A stretch of DNA of 57,255 nt from Eledone cirrhosa (lineage: Eukaryota), in NCBI GenBank assembly GCA_964016885.1, contig CAXHJY010000116.1:1-57255 (forward strand), read 5' to 3'. Below the pieces are notes generated by a model that had not been told where the DNA came from, made no database searches, and saw only the letters and a list, made by a program, of their open reading frames with translations. The position numbers were made by a program, and so were the translations under genes. Positions 41,630 to 56,683 of this stretch are shown here, piece by piece. Each line of letters starts with the position of its first letter. Position 1 is the first letter of the stretch.

Positions 41630-44110
41630 CACTAACACAACACCACCGCTACTACCACTATACCACCACCACCACTACCACCACCAACCACCACCACTAA
41701 CACCACCACAAACAACCATTACCACCACCACCACCACCACCACCACCACAAACAACCATTATCACCACCAGCACCACCACAAACAACCATTACCACCAAC
41801 AACAACCACCAACACCACCACAAACAACCATTACCACCACCACCACCACCACCACCACAAACAACCATTATCACCACCAGCACCACCACAAACAACCATT
41901 ACCACCACCACCACCAACAACAACCACCAACACCACCACAAACAACCATTATCACCACCACTACCACAACCAACCACCACCAACACCACCACAAACAACC
42001 ATTATCACCACCAGCACCACCACAAACAACCATTACCACCACCACCACCAACAACAACCAACACCACCACCACAAACAACCATTACCACCACCACCACCA
42101 ACAACAACAACAACCAACACCACCACCACAAACAACCATTACCACCACCACCACTACCACCAACCACCACCAACACCACCACAAACAACCATTATCACCA
42201 CCACCACCACCAACAACAACCACCAACTCCACCACAAACAACCATTATCACCACCACCACCAACAACGACCACCAACACCACCACAAACAACCATTATCA
42301 CCACCGCCACCACCACCACAACCAACCATTACCACCACCACCAGCAACCAACACCAACACCACCACAAACAAACATTACCACCACCACCACCACCACCAC
42401 CACCACAAACAACCATTATCACCGCATCAAGCAACCATTATCACCACCACCACCACCAACTCCACCACAAACAATCATTACCACCACCACCACCAGCAAC
42501 CAACACCAACACCACCACAAACAAACATTACCACCACCACCACCACCACCACCAACAACAACCATTATCACCACCACCACCACAACCACCACAAACAACC
42601 ATTATCACCACCACAAACAACCATTTCCACCACCACCACCACCACCACCACCACCACAAACAACCATTATCACCACATCAAGCAACCATTATCACCACCA
42701 CCACCACCAACTCCACCACAAACAATCATTACCACCACCACCACCAACACCACCACCAACACCACCACAAACACCACCAAAAACAACCATTACCACCACC
42801 ACCACCAACACCACCACAAACAACCTTTATCACCACTACCACCTCCCCCAACACCACCTCCCCCAACACCACCACAAACACCACCACAAACAACCATTAC
42901 CACCAACACCACCACAAACAACCATTATCACCACTACCACCACCACCTCCACCAACACCACCACAAACAACCTTTATCACCACCACCACCACCACCTCCA
43001 CCAACACCACCACAAACACCACCACAAACAACCATTACCACCACCACCACCAACACCACCACAAACAACCTTTATCACCACCACCACAAACACCACCACA
43101 AACAACCTTTATCACCACCACCACCTCCACCAACACCACCACAAACAACTATTATCACCACCACCTCCACCAACACCACCACAAACAACCTTTATCACCA
43201 CCTCCACCAACACCACCACAAACAACCTTTATCACCACCACCACCACCACCTCCACCAACACCACCACAAACAACCTTTATCACCACCACCACCACCACA
43301 AACAACCATTATCACCACCACCACCACCACCACCAACCAACACCAACACCTCGTCAAACAACCATTATCACCACCACCACCAACCAACACAACACCTCCT
43401 CAAACAACCATTATTACCACCACCACCACCACAAACAACCATTATTACCACCACCACCACCACAAACAACCATTATCTCCACCACCACCACAAACAACCA
43501 TTATCACCACCACCACCACCACCACCACCACCACCACCACCACAAACAACCATTATCACCACCACCACCACCACAAACAACCATTATCACCACCACCACC
43601 ACCACCACAAACAGCCATTATCACCACCACCACCACCGCAAACAACCATTATCACCACCACCACAAACAACCATTACCACCACCACCACCACAAACAACC
43701 ATTATTACCACCACCACCACCACAAACAACCATTATCTCCACCACCACCACAAACAACCATTATCACCACCACCACCACCACCACCACCACCACCACCAC
43801 CACAAACAACCATTATCACCACCACCACCACCACAAACAACCATTATCACCACCACCACCACCACCACAAACAGCCATTATCACCACCACCACCACCGCA
43901 AACAACCATTATCACCACCACCACAAACAACCATTATCACCACCACCACTACAAACAACCATTATCACCACCACCACCACCACAAACAGCCATTATCACC
44001 ACCACCACAAACAACCATTATCACCACCACCACCACCACCACCACCACAAACAACCACAAACAACCATTATCACCACCACAGCAATCAACACCGCCACCA
44101 CCATCACTAC
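41630..44110. repeat. (CAC)n-acaaacaaccattat minisatellite
   Basis: Directly visible. Confidence 0.95.
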
Positions 44111-44334
44111 CCCCACCCAGTCAACCGACCAATCAAATAACGCCGTTTAAAACATTTACCGCCCTAACTTAATTCTCATTGGTCGCTTTTAAGAAAAAAA
44201 ACAACCACAAAATAAGAAGCTTTTAGAATAGAAAGTGTCAACCCCCCCTCCTATCCTTCTCTCTCTCTCTCTCTCTTTCTCTCTTTCTCTCGTTCTCTCT
44301 CGTTCTCTCTCTCTTCCTCGTTCTGTTTCTCTCA

Positions 44335-44413
<79 letters not shown>

Positions 44414-44856
44414 TCACTCTCTTTCCTACCACCCCTCTCTCTCTTTCTGTCTATCGTTCTCCTCATTCTCTTCCGTACTCTTTCTTCCTCATTTCGCTTC
44501 TTTCTCTCTCTCTCGCTTCCTCTCTCTCCCTTCGTCTCTCGTCCTCTTACTCTCTCTCCTCCTCTCTCTCCCCTTCCTCTCTTTCTCTCTCCCCTTCCTC
44601 TCTCCTTCTCTCCAGGCTGTCTTAATGTGCAACTAGCTTACAGTCAGCCAATGATATCATGCACATAACTGCACACTCTCATATATCTGCATGCATTGAT
44701 TTATATAATATATATATATACACACACACGCACACACATATATATATATATATTATACATATATGTATATACATGCATATATGTATACGTATATATATAT
44801 ATATTATTCATATATATATTATACATATATATATATATATTATTCATATATATATT

Positions 44857-44924
<68 letters not shown>

Positions 44925-45014
44925 CATACATATATATATATGTATGTATAATATATATATATATTATACATATATATATATATATATATTATACACACAT
45001 ATATATACACACAG

Positions 45015-45063
<49 letters not shown>

Positions 45064-45218
45064 AATTAATAAAAAATAATGAATAAAAACAAAGAAACAG
45101 TTCCTTATATTAAAAAATTCATCATTTTACGATCGTTTCTAGGATATATATGTGTGTGTTGGTATGTATATCATATAGATCTATGTAAAAGTTTTACAAA
45201 CTATCATATATATATATA

Positions 45219-45419
45219 TAGGAACGAGTAGGACCCCGACGGCTGAGCTCAAGCCGTTTCGAAGGCTTAATTCTGGACAGTCCAGAATTAGCCGTCGAAA
45301 CGGCTTGAGCTCAGCCGTCGGGGTCCTACTCGTTCCTATTACCCACTCTACTACCCTACGTATTGAGTACTTTGGTGCGTTATGGTCCACCTGGTTCCTT
45401 ACCACATTTCCTTCGTTAT
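45219..45419 (+). mobile_element. Fold-back element family A
   Basis: taggaacgagtaggacccc... / ...ggggtcctactcgttccta plus tail. Turn at ctggac-a-gtccag. Confidence 0.88.
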
Positions 45420-45813
45420 ATATATATATTTTTATATGTACAAATAGCCTACCTTGTTCCATTTTCTTATTAACCAAACTTGGCTCTCTGGAGATGTGTA
45501 CACCACAAGATGGCGGCGGTGGTGGTTTTCGGCGGCGGTCAGCTATGATGGCGTTGGTGGTGGTGTCGGTCAGTCGTGGTGGCGGCCGGCTTTCACAATG
45601 GCGTTGGTGGTATCGGCGTTCGGCTTTGGTGATGTTGGCGCTGGTGGTGGCGTCTCCCTCACCATCCTTTCGAAAGACGCCTTCTCTATACTGTCCACCG
45701 GGGCCATGGGCCCCCATTTTTGCTCATAATAGTGAGAGATAGGGAGAGCTGGAGAGACGGAGGCACTGACGGTCGGAGTTTGGTCCTTTTTGTGCTCGAA
45801 TCTGGTGTATATG

Positions 45814-45975
45814 CAATGTCGGATTTACTATTATCCTTAGGTGTTCTTGCGCAGAAGGTCGCATTGGCCTGGAAGAGGCCCATTTTCCTACCAAACAATT
45901 TTTTAACCCCCTGCAGGGCCCAAGTAAGTGGCCTCATAACTAGTACAGAGCTCATTTGTGCTAAATCCGGCATTG
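45814..45975. mobile_element. hAT-type MITE with 14-bp TIR and 8-bp TSD TGTATATG
   Basis: caatgtcggattta / taaatccggcattg. TSD at 45806-45813 and 45976-45983. An older relative lies at 46339-46570. Confidence 0.8.
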
Positions 45976-46101
45976 TGTATATGTATATGTTTCACAGACA
46001 CACACTCATGTATGCGATGGATTCTTACTTATTCCTTTTTGTGTGGTCAAAACTTAAGACGTTTGCTCCATATATATATAGAGAGAGATAGAAAGATATA
46101 T

Positions 46102-46328
46102 TTAACACTTTAGCAATTACATTACTCTCTATATAGATTGTATATTTGTGGTAAAGGCTTTATTTCACATAATATCTCACATAATATCGAATCTATGAGA
46201 TTTTGATGTTATTTATTTTGAGAACAATACCTTAAGGACAGTAAGAGCGGCCAGTTATGGCCCGTTTGAACAGAAAGAGGTGAGATAATTCTGCCCGAAT
46301 ATGGCCGGTTTAAATGCTAAAGGATTAA
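46102..46328. mobile_element. Possible piggyBac-like MITE
   Basis: TTAA-cactttagca ... tgctaaagga-TTAA. Confidence 0.4.
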
Positions 46329-47091
46329 CCCTTTTGACCAGATCCGGATTTACAATTGTACTTAGGTATGCTTAAGCACGGGCCCCTGTTGGCAAAGGAA
46401 GGGGCATATTCCTGCAAAAGAAATATTTTACGATGGATTGCTTCTGACAGGACCCGCTGTAAGGAATGTTTGAGTACTCTGCCCCCACGACCTTCTCAGG
46501 AATAACTGCAAATCTAAGGGGTCTCATAACTTAACTAGCACAGGGCCTGGTTTGTCTTAAATCCGGCACAGCTTCTGACAGCAAACTGGCTGAAACTACC
46601 CCTGGATCTATGATACAAAATCTATGAAAACAACAATTTATACACTGGGGTCGATTTAATCGATTTCTCTTCCCACCAAAATTACGTGCCTTGTTCCAGA
46701 ATGAGACATTACTATTGATATAAGCTATCATGTGACATTTTGTGGGGGGGGGGGGGGGGGAGGGGGGGGGGGGGGGGGCAGAAAACAAACCGAACCAACT
46801 TTGTCTTTTGTTAAAAAAAAAATAACAAAAGCGATAAGTCCTTTTTCTGAAAAGAGACTATAATAGACACGGCGCTGTTATTTTCACTGAAACAATGCGA
46901 TCAATCTGTCCCCACTCCACCATCGTCTGCTATTGTGTACTGTCGTCTGCTTCTCTTGAAACTCGAAAAATTCAATTGTTTTTTTTTTGTTATTATTTTT
47001 TCTGCTGCCTTTTTTTTTCTTCATTTCTTTTTTTACTTGTTCCTCGACATTCATTCGCAACAGTGGCAAATTTTCCATTGGGAATGATATA

Positions 47092-47142
<51 letters not shown>

Positions 47143-47229
47143 ATATATGTGTATACATGTATATATATATATATTTTAATGTGTGTATTGTGTTTGTATA
47201 TATGTGTGTATATATATATATGAATATGA

Positions 47230-47261
<32 letters not shown>

Positions 47262-47329
47262 TGTATGTATATATATATAATAAATATATATATATATATA
47301 TATATAATACATATATATATATATAATAC

Positions 47330-47393
<64 letters not shown>

Positions 47394-47458
47394 AAGATTA
47401 ATATTCATTAATAGTTTGTTTTTTCCTTTCGCTTCTTTTATTTTTTTCTCCTCTTATG

Positions 47459-47509
<51 letters not shown>

Positions 47510-47572
47510 GTATATATATACATAAACATATATATATACATATATTTATACATATAATATATATATATATAC

Positions 47573-47639
<67 letters not shown>

Positions 47640-47664
47640 CACACATATATATATATATACACAT

Positions 47665-47715
<51 letters not shown>

Positions 47716-48074
47716 CAACATTCCTCAATACCTCACACACACTTCTATATATACTATCATATGCTTGAGCACACAAGCGCGTGGCCACACAGCCACACAG
47801 GCATTTTACGTACGGTGCAATTCCTCTCTCTCGAATAGGACGCCATCTTGACGATGTAAGGGAAGAAGGAAAAGCGTTAGTTAGATGGTGATGGTGATGG
47901 TGATGGTGATGGTGATGGTGATGGTGATGGTGATGGAGGTGGTGATGGTGATAATAATAATAATAATAACAATAATGCTCGCCCTTCTCTATAAGGAATC
48001 TCAGGTTTCAGTTGGAAACACATATGGTTATTGTTTATATTCTTCAGTGATGTATATATATATATGTATATATG

Positions 48075-48835
<761 letters not shown>

Positions 48836-48854
48836 TATATATATATATATATGC

Positions 48855-48973
<119 letters not shown>

Positions 48974-48996
48974 TATGTATATATATATATATATGC

Positions 48997-49045
<49 letters not shown>

Positions 49046-49106
49046 TATGTATATATATATATATATATATATAATGTGTGTGTGTGTGTGTGTGTAATTA
49101 TGTATG

Positions 49107-49153
<47 letters not shown>

Positions 49154-49377
49154 ATAACGAAGGAGTTGTGGTAAGGAACCAGGTGGACTATAACGCACCA
49201 AAGTACTCAATACTTAGGGTAGTAGAGTGGGTAATAGAAAACAAGTATGACTCCGACAGCAGAGCTCAAGCCGTTTCGATGGCTATTTCTGGGGTCATAC
49301 ATTTTCCTATTACCCACTCTACTGCCCTAAGTATTGAGTACTTTGGTGCTTTAAGGTCCATCTGGTTCCTTACCACG

Positions 49378-49380
<3 letters not shown>
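49154..49380. mobile_element. Fold-back family A with two long arms
   Basis: The left arm is the reverse complement of the family tail. The right arm starts at ggggtc (49291). Confidence 0.82.
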
Positions 49381-49424
<44 letters not shown>

Positions 49425-49520
49425 TAAGGGATATGTATGTATATACACATATACATGATATATCTCTCTCCATATATACATAGATATATATAATATATAT
49501 ATTTATATATGTATATATGT

Positions 49521-49578
<58 letters not shown>

Positions 49579-49703
49579 ATATATTATGTATATATATATA
49601 TATATATATATAAATATGAGAAGAATTGAGTGCTACGTGGATGCACATGAGTTAAATATGAATAAAATTAGTCCTTCATCACTGATTTTCCAACCTTCAT
49701 TGG

Positions 49704-49748
<45 letters not shown>

Positions 49749-49858
49749 TTGCGAGGTTTTTGATATGAAATCGTGTGTCGAAACAAATATTGTTATACTT
49801 GGGGAGGGTCATATTGCTGTAATAATATTGCCAGAATTATATATATATATATATATAT

Positions 49859-50053
49859 AGGAACCAGTAAGACCCCGACAGCTGAGCTCAAGCCGTTTCG
49901 ACGGCTAATTCTGAGTCCAGAATTAGCCGTCGAAACGGCTTGAGCTCAGCTGTCGGGGTCTTACTGGTTCCTATTACCCACTCTACTACCTCAAGTATTG
50001 AGTACTTTGGTGCGTTATGGTCCACCTGGTTCCTTACCACATTTCCTTCGTTA
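49859..50053 (+). mobile_element. Fold-back element family A
   Basis: aggaaccagtaagaccccgacagctgagctcaag / cttgagctcagctgtcggggtcttactggttcct plus tail. Confidence 0.88.
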
Positions 50054-50626
50054 TATATATATATATACATATATACAACAAAAACAACAAGAACAAAATA
50101 TAATAGAAATGGAAGCTTTATTAAGAGAAAAACGTAATACACAATATAATAGACATAAATATCACCCCCTAGCAACACTTATACACAGATGCTACACCTT
50201 AGCAACACACTAATACACAGATGCTACACCTTAGCAACACACTAATACATAGATGCTACACTTTAGCAACACACTGATACCAGATGCTACACCCTAGCAA
50301 CACACTAATACACAGATGCTACACCCTAGCTACACACTAATACACAGATGCTACAGCATAGCAACACACTAATACATAGATGCTACACCCTAGCAATATA
50401 TTAATACACAGATTGTACACCCTAGCAACACACTAACATACATGTATATCACCCTAGTAACAGACTAATACACATGTATATTATCCTAGCAACACACCAA
50501 TAGTCATGTATATCTCCATAGCAACACTCCAACAGTCATGTATATCTCCATAGCAACACTCCAATAGTCATGTATATCTTCATAACAACACACCAATGCA
50601 GATGTATATCTTCCTAGCAATACAGT

Positions 50627-53300
50627 TTTAGCAGTATTGGTTGTAGATGTTATCGCCACATTAGCAGGGTGGCAGAATCAGTGGTCGTTAGTTGCCAGTG
50701 TGGTAAGTGATAGTATCCTCGTTGGATTATCTTGTTGACATAGACGTGAGGGAAGGTCCCTCGATCTATTTACCATCTATTTACAATATTCCTTTCGTCA
50801 GGGCGCCAATTCCAGCAGCATGGATTAAAGATGTCATTGAGACAAGAGTAAAATAATAACGACTTCAACCGCAGTAATTAGAGATGCAATGTTTGTTTAT
50901 TTATATGGTTGAAGTTACAGATAAAAAGAGGTTACATTAGGGAATGTGCCATTGCGCCGTTAAGCCGGCGAGGCTAGGGGTGCAGTATCTCACTGTTACA
51001 TTATGCGTGTTGCTGGCTTGAAGTTTCCGGTACAAGAGCGAGATTCTTCAAATCTTCGCGGTGAATTTCTTCCTCAGGGCGCGTAGGGATACATCCCCTT
51101 CTACTGGCGCTGATTGGCTGAACTGAGCCAAATTACGCACAGAGAATGTATGTGAGCCCGCGGAATGTAGGTCACTACATCACCTCCAACCAGATTTTCA
51201 GCCGAAAATCGATAACGAAGAAACCAAGGACTCACATATTAAATCAGCAAGAACAAATGCTGAAAGAGCACATCAGTGAAAAAAATAATTGAGCAGAAGG
51301 TTGCACGCAAGAACAAAAAATGAGGCGCTACGGGCCGTGTTGAGCCGCTGTGTCAAATGACCAGTTGTTTTGTTGTTTATACGTGACCGCCAAAGGTCTA
51401 ACAAAAAACGGATAAAGTCTGGCATGGGCGAAGTTGCTGTTCTTGCATTAAATGTTAATGGTAAGCGTTGTACCAGTAGCTGTGAACGAAGCTATTATGG
51501 TAGTTTACCAGTGCTGGCGAGAAAATGATGGCCCCCAGATGTATTGTCGAATGTGCTGTGGAGCCAGGAAAAAATGGCTGGTTGCTTTGTAAAGAACAAA
51601 AGGCAAGTTTAATTTGTAGGTGGGTTGCAGTGTAAATTCCATAATTTGGGCGAATCCACAGAAGTGGCCGAAATGCTAACAAGTCCAGTTCAATTTGTTG
51701 CTTTCCCAGCGAGTCGGGCAAAAACAACAAGACGGATGGCCGTCATGGACGATCAGTGTGCAACGAGATGTGAAGCTGTTTGAGTTCAGCGGCAATTAGT
51801 ATTCTCGTGTTGCGGTGACTGTTTGAATCCAGTGGATTAAGCTCTGTGAGCTGCCAGCATCTCAACCAGGTGAAAAGGGACTCGCAGAATATTACGTTTG
51901 AAGAACATATACCAAGAACAACATTGTGATAAAAAAAATGTGTGCATATGCAGGCATGTAAAACAGCAAAGAATGTGAATGAACAAAAACCATGAGCAAG
52001 CAAATAGCAAAAGAGCACAAAACAAGTAAATGCATTCTACAAAGAAATATGTGAATGTAACAAACTGATAATTCAAAGTCAATCTAGGGGAGCAGAGAAA
52101 TTGCTCAATAAGTTCAAAGTTTTTCAAAGTCAAATAGTTCACACATCACCAGTGTACAGACACTAGTTCTATCTGAAAACTGAAAAAGAAGTTTGTTAAT
52201 GCCGTTATGGGTTAGATGTATGGTGTTTTTGTGAGATTTCGTGGTCATTTTCCCGTCCCGCCACACGGTTGTGTTGCTTATTGTTAAAGCAAAGTCAAAG
52301 AATCTTCTGTAGAGTAGGAGTCACCAAATATGGCAGTCACGTCTGACGCCATAATGGTGAGAAAACTACTGTCTCAATTTCTCGCGTCCCTGTGGTAACG
52401 AGACAGAAGGTATGGTGGTTGCGTCGGTAAAGTTACAAGCCGTTTTGAAATTTCCGATGTGTGGTGGTTGGCGTTGGTAAGGTTATGAAGCTGCCACTCA
52501 CTGTTCCCTGTATTGGTCAGTGGTTAAACAACGCTGTCGCTGCTGCTGTCATTGTTGTTGTCAAGCGTAGCCATGACATGTCGGTAGCCATCTTGAAATT
52601 TTTTCGTGGCGAAAAAGTTTTTGAAATACTGCTAATTTTTCAAAAATCTTAAGGAATATTCTGGATTTTCGCAAGTTGCGACGTGGCAATAAAAGTTAAA
52701 CTAAATGAATAAGAAAGGCTGCGTGATATTCTTACGTCGGTCACCACTTTAGCAGTATTGGTTGTAGATGTTATCGCCACATTAGCAGGGTGGCAGAATC
52801 AGTGGTCGTTAGTTGCCAGTGTGGTAAGTGATAGTATCCTCGTTGGATTATCTTGTTGACATAGACGTGAGGGAAGGTCCCTCGATCTATTTACCATCTA
52901 TTTACAATATTCCTTTCGTCAGGGCGCCAATTCCAGCAGCATGGATTAAAGATGTCATTGAGACAAGAGTAAAATAATAACGACTTCAACCGCAGTAATT
53001 AGAGATGCAATGTTTGTTTATTTATATGGTTGAAGTTACAGATAAAAAGAGGTTACATTAGGGAATGTGCCATTGCGCCGTTAAGCCGGCGAGGCTAGGG
53101 GTGCAGTATCTCACTGTTACATTATGCGTGTTGCTGGCTTGAAGTTTCCGGTACAAGAGCGAGATTCTTCAAATCTTCGCGGTGAATTTCTTCCTCAGGG
53201 CGCGTAGGGATACATCCCCTTCTACTGGCGCTGATTGGCTGAACTGAGCCAAATTACGCACAGAGAATGTATGTGAGCCCGCGGAATGTAGGTCACTACA
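50627..53300 (-). mobile_element. Non-autonomous LTR retroelement (Ty3/gypsy-like)
   Basis: 553-bp direct repeats at 50627-51179 and 52748-53300 with no difference spotted by eye. TSD CAGT at 50623-50626 and 53301-53304. The minus strand starts TGTAGTG. No recognisable gag/pol ORF inside. Confidence 0.9.
52734..52746 (-). promoter_or_regulatory. Primer-binding site, tRNA-Trp-like
   Basis: TGGTGACCGACGT, 1 nt inside the 5' LTR, compared with the tRNA-Trp PBS TGGTGACCCCGACGT. Purine-rich ggttggaggtga precedes the 3' LTR. Confidence 0.65.
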
Positions 53301-53749
53301 CAGTAATACTCGTGTATTTAACCCTAGCAACAAACTAATACTCGTGTATATCTCACTAGCAACACAGTAATAGTCGTGTATTTAGCCCTACCAACACACT
53401 AATGCACATATATTTCACCCTAGCAACACACTAATAAACATGTATCTTACCCTAGCAACATACCAATACTCGTGTATATCACCCCAGCAACACAGTAATA
53501 GTCGTGTATTTAGCCCTAGCAACACACTAATGCACATATATTTCACCCTAGCAACACACTAATAAACATGTATCTTACCCTAGCAACACACTAATACTCG
53601 TGTATAGCCCCCCAGCAACACACTAGAGCCAGATACGGTGTCTAAAGCGGTTTACCAGATTGCCAAAGAAAACCTTTAACTAAAAGAAAAAAGCCCTTAA
53701 ACTAATTTGAACAACGGATATGAACGGGCAACAGAAACATGACTTAACC

Positions 53750-53920
53750 CCCCGGGGTTCTTGGCTACAGTGTTGTTCGTGGACCTCCGTCGTCTGTCGA
53801 CGAAGAGTGTTCCAGTTGTTCGAAGAACGGAACAGGCTTGCTCGTGAAATTAACCTCTATGTGGGTGGGTAAGTTATTTCACAAACACGTGCAAGCTTAC
53901 AGTAGTTTTCAGGGATATTT
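53750..53920 (+). mobile_element. Degenerate cephalopod-type SINE body
   Basis: gacgaagagtgttccagttg..cga..aacggaacag.cttgctcgtgaaattaac resembles an octopus SINE segment (from memory only). Confidence 0.4.
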
Positions 53921-54116
53921 ATGTGCGAATAAACTCCCCAGAGTCAACGGCCGTCCACCCCAATTATGGCTTAAATAGCCCCCAAAACCTGCAATTGGCC
54001 AAGTGTGATGAGTTCGGTTACATCCCTGAAGACTTGACCAAAACCAAACAGAAAGCGTTGAAGGTAACCAGGGAGGGGTTCCTCCAACAGGAGTGAGAAA
54101 GACATGGAGTGGATTG

Positions 54117-54189
<73 letters not shown>

Positions 54190-54529
54190 TAAAGTTAGTC
54201 CTTCATCAGTGATCTTCCAACCATCATTGGTATTTCATCGCTTTAAAGACCATATACCTCCGGTTGGTGCGAGCAACGGCTAAAAAAAGTCGTTGGGACA
54301 CGTAAATAAAGGGGACACGAGTGTAAACAAACAAAAATTGTGAAGCAACGAAAAGTGAGGAAGAAGGGGTCAGGTCCCAAATTTCTATGAATTTAAATTC
54401 GGTGAAATCGTGAACGAGAAAGAATAAAGACCATCAAACCTGGTTGAAATGTGAGCAAGGAAGGAATTTCGCACAGGTCTAACGGGAGGAAGAAGGGGTC
54501 TAGTCTGTGAATTCGGTAAACATAAGTTC

Positions 54530-54918
54530 TGTGAGGTGCTAGTCCATCGCAGGGTTAAATCCCCAGCTATTACTGGTACTCATTTTTAGCTGAGTATACT
54601 GGAGCAATGTGAAATGAAATAGTTTGCTCAAGAACACAACACACAACCCAGTTCAGGAATGGAACCCATGGCATTATGGTCGTAAGTTCAACACACTTAC
54701 CACCAGGCCAGTTTCATGGCATGAAACGTCTGAGAGTTCAAGACTCCCCACTGGACAGGACGTCAGTCCATCACAGGGTTAAACCCCCAGCTATAGCTGG
54801 TACTCATTTTCAGCTTAGTATACTGGAGCAATGTGGAATGAAGTGGTTTGCTGAAGAACACAACATGCAACTCAACCCAGACCTGGAACCTAACCCTTAC
54901 CACTAGGCCACACGCCTC
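54530..54918 (-). mobile_element. Two tandem V-SINE-like copies
   Basis: Minus strand: aggcgtgtggcctagtggtaag head, gtgttcttgagcaa.., aatgagtaccag, aaccctg(c/t)gatggact. Confidence 0.6.
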
Positions 54919-55299
54919 TACAATATAGTAGAGTATATAAAAATGTATGTCTGTAACGGTTAAATTGGTCCCCCTTCCCCGTCTAAAGCCTGATTTTTAT
55001 AATTCGATCGTAAACTGGTTTATATCCAAACAGGGACTTAGTGGCAACTTATCCAAGATAACGCCAGCCCTACAGCTATAATCACTATCGATTCATGAGA
55101 AAATTATCGTTTTATCACTGACTATTGTAAAATAGCCATTCCCCGATTAATCTTGTTTCTGAAAGTCCAAATAAAAACCTTCCGTATCTGCTCAGGTCAT
55201 TGGCGTTTTTAAACACGAATCTAAACCATTCTTCCAAGACAGAAAACGACATTTAAGAAAAACCTTTTTCTACTTGTATACTGCAACATTAGTCATTAG

Positions 55300-55450
55300 A
55301 ACGTCAGATAGAACACTTTGCGGGATTCGGTCCGGCTTTCTGCTCTCTGAGCTCAAATTCCGCCGAGGTCAACTTTGTCTTTCATCCTTTCGAGGTCGAT
55401 AAAAAAAGAAAAAAAAAAAAAAAATACCAGTCTCTTATTAGGGTCGATTC
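55300..55450 (+). mobile_element. Degenerate SINE family 1
   Basis: ctgagctcaaattccgccgaggtcaactttgtctttcatcctttcgaggtcgataaaa. Confidence 0.7.
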
Positions 55451-55773
55451 TTCCTCTATATCTCTTTCTCATTTCCTCTCTGTCTCTTTCCATCTTTCTC
55501 TGGAAGAAATCTGCTGTACTTAGGCCTGGAGAAGAGATGGGCTCCACCTGGCTTAAAATGCCCACGAAACCCCGTGTGTCAATGCGGCACCCCTACGACT
55601 CTATCAAGAGTTATGGGACCATACATACTTACATACATACATACATACCTGCGATAGCTGGCACCATCAAAATTTGCAAGACATTCTTGCGATTCAAGGG
55701 ATGACAATTTCTTTTCTTTTACAACCTTGCCACCAGGAAGGTGTCCGGTCAAAAATATACTCGAAATTAAGAG

Positions 55774-55828
<55 letters not shown>

Positions 55829-55841
55829 TATATTTATATGT

Positions 55842-55874
<33 letters not shown>

Positions 55875-55891
55875 AATATATATTTATATGT

Positions 55892-55926
<35 letters not shown>

Positions 55927-55935
55927 AATATATAT

Positions 55936-56110
<175 letters not shown>

Positions 56111-56118
56111 AATATATA

Positions 56119-56177
<59 letters not shown>

Positions 56178-56184
56178 TATATAA

Positions 56185-56221
<37 letters not shown>

Positions 56222-56325
56222 CATACAAATTTATTTATAACAGATTCGAAGCACTCTACAAAATTCTTCTGGAGTATAATATCAATGATATTAATAAATG
56301 GAAACTATATTTATAAAACCATATT

Positions 56326-56386
56326 TATTTTATTATATATATTTCAAGGGTTCCAACATTTTGGTACGCTCTCATCAGATAAAATA
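56326..56386 (-). ncRNA. Type I hammerhead ribozyme
   Basis: Exact reverse complement of 56483-56543. Confidence 0.8.
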
Positions 56387-56482
56387 CAAAAGTTGTTTTA
56401 TAAATAGTGACATATCCAAACTAAACTTAAAACGATAAGTTCTTGTTTTTGGGGTATGTCACTATTTATAAAACACCTTTTG

Positions 56483-56543
56483 TATTTTATCTGATGAGAG
56501 CGTACCAAAATGTTGGAACCCTTGAAATATATATAATAAAATA
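56483..56543 (+). ncRNA. Type I hammerhead ribozyme
   Basis: tattttat-CTGATGA-gagcgtaccaaaatgttggaaccctt-GAAA-tatata-TA-ataaaata. Confidence 0.82.
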
Positions 56544-56647
56544 AATATGGTTTTATAAATATAGTTTCCATTTATTAATATCATTGATATTATACTCCAG
56601 AAGAATTTTGTAGAGTGCTTCGAATCTGTTATAAATAAATTTGTATG

Positions 56648-56683
<36 letters not shown>

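Larger units (their letters stand above)
50160..53625. repeat. ~29-30-bp minisatellite (ccctagcaacacactaatacacagatgctaca) split by the LTR element
   Basis: Units at 50160-50626 and 53301-53625. Confidence 0.9.
56216..56652. mobile_element. Fold-back family C with near-perfect ~195-bp arms and hammerheads on both strands
   Basis: Inverted arms around a ~45-bp loop, flanked by (TA)n. Confidence 0.9.

Noticed and set aside
50627-51179. LTR element as a plant-type retrozyme
   Set aside because: No hammerhead core found in the LTR on either strand.
51455-52652. Short ORFs inside the LTR element
   Set aside because: No gag, protease, RT or integrase motifs recognised.
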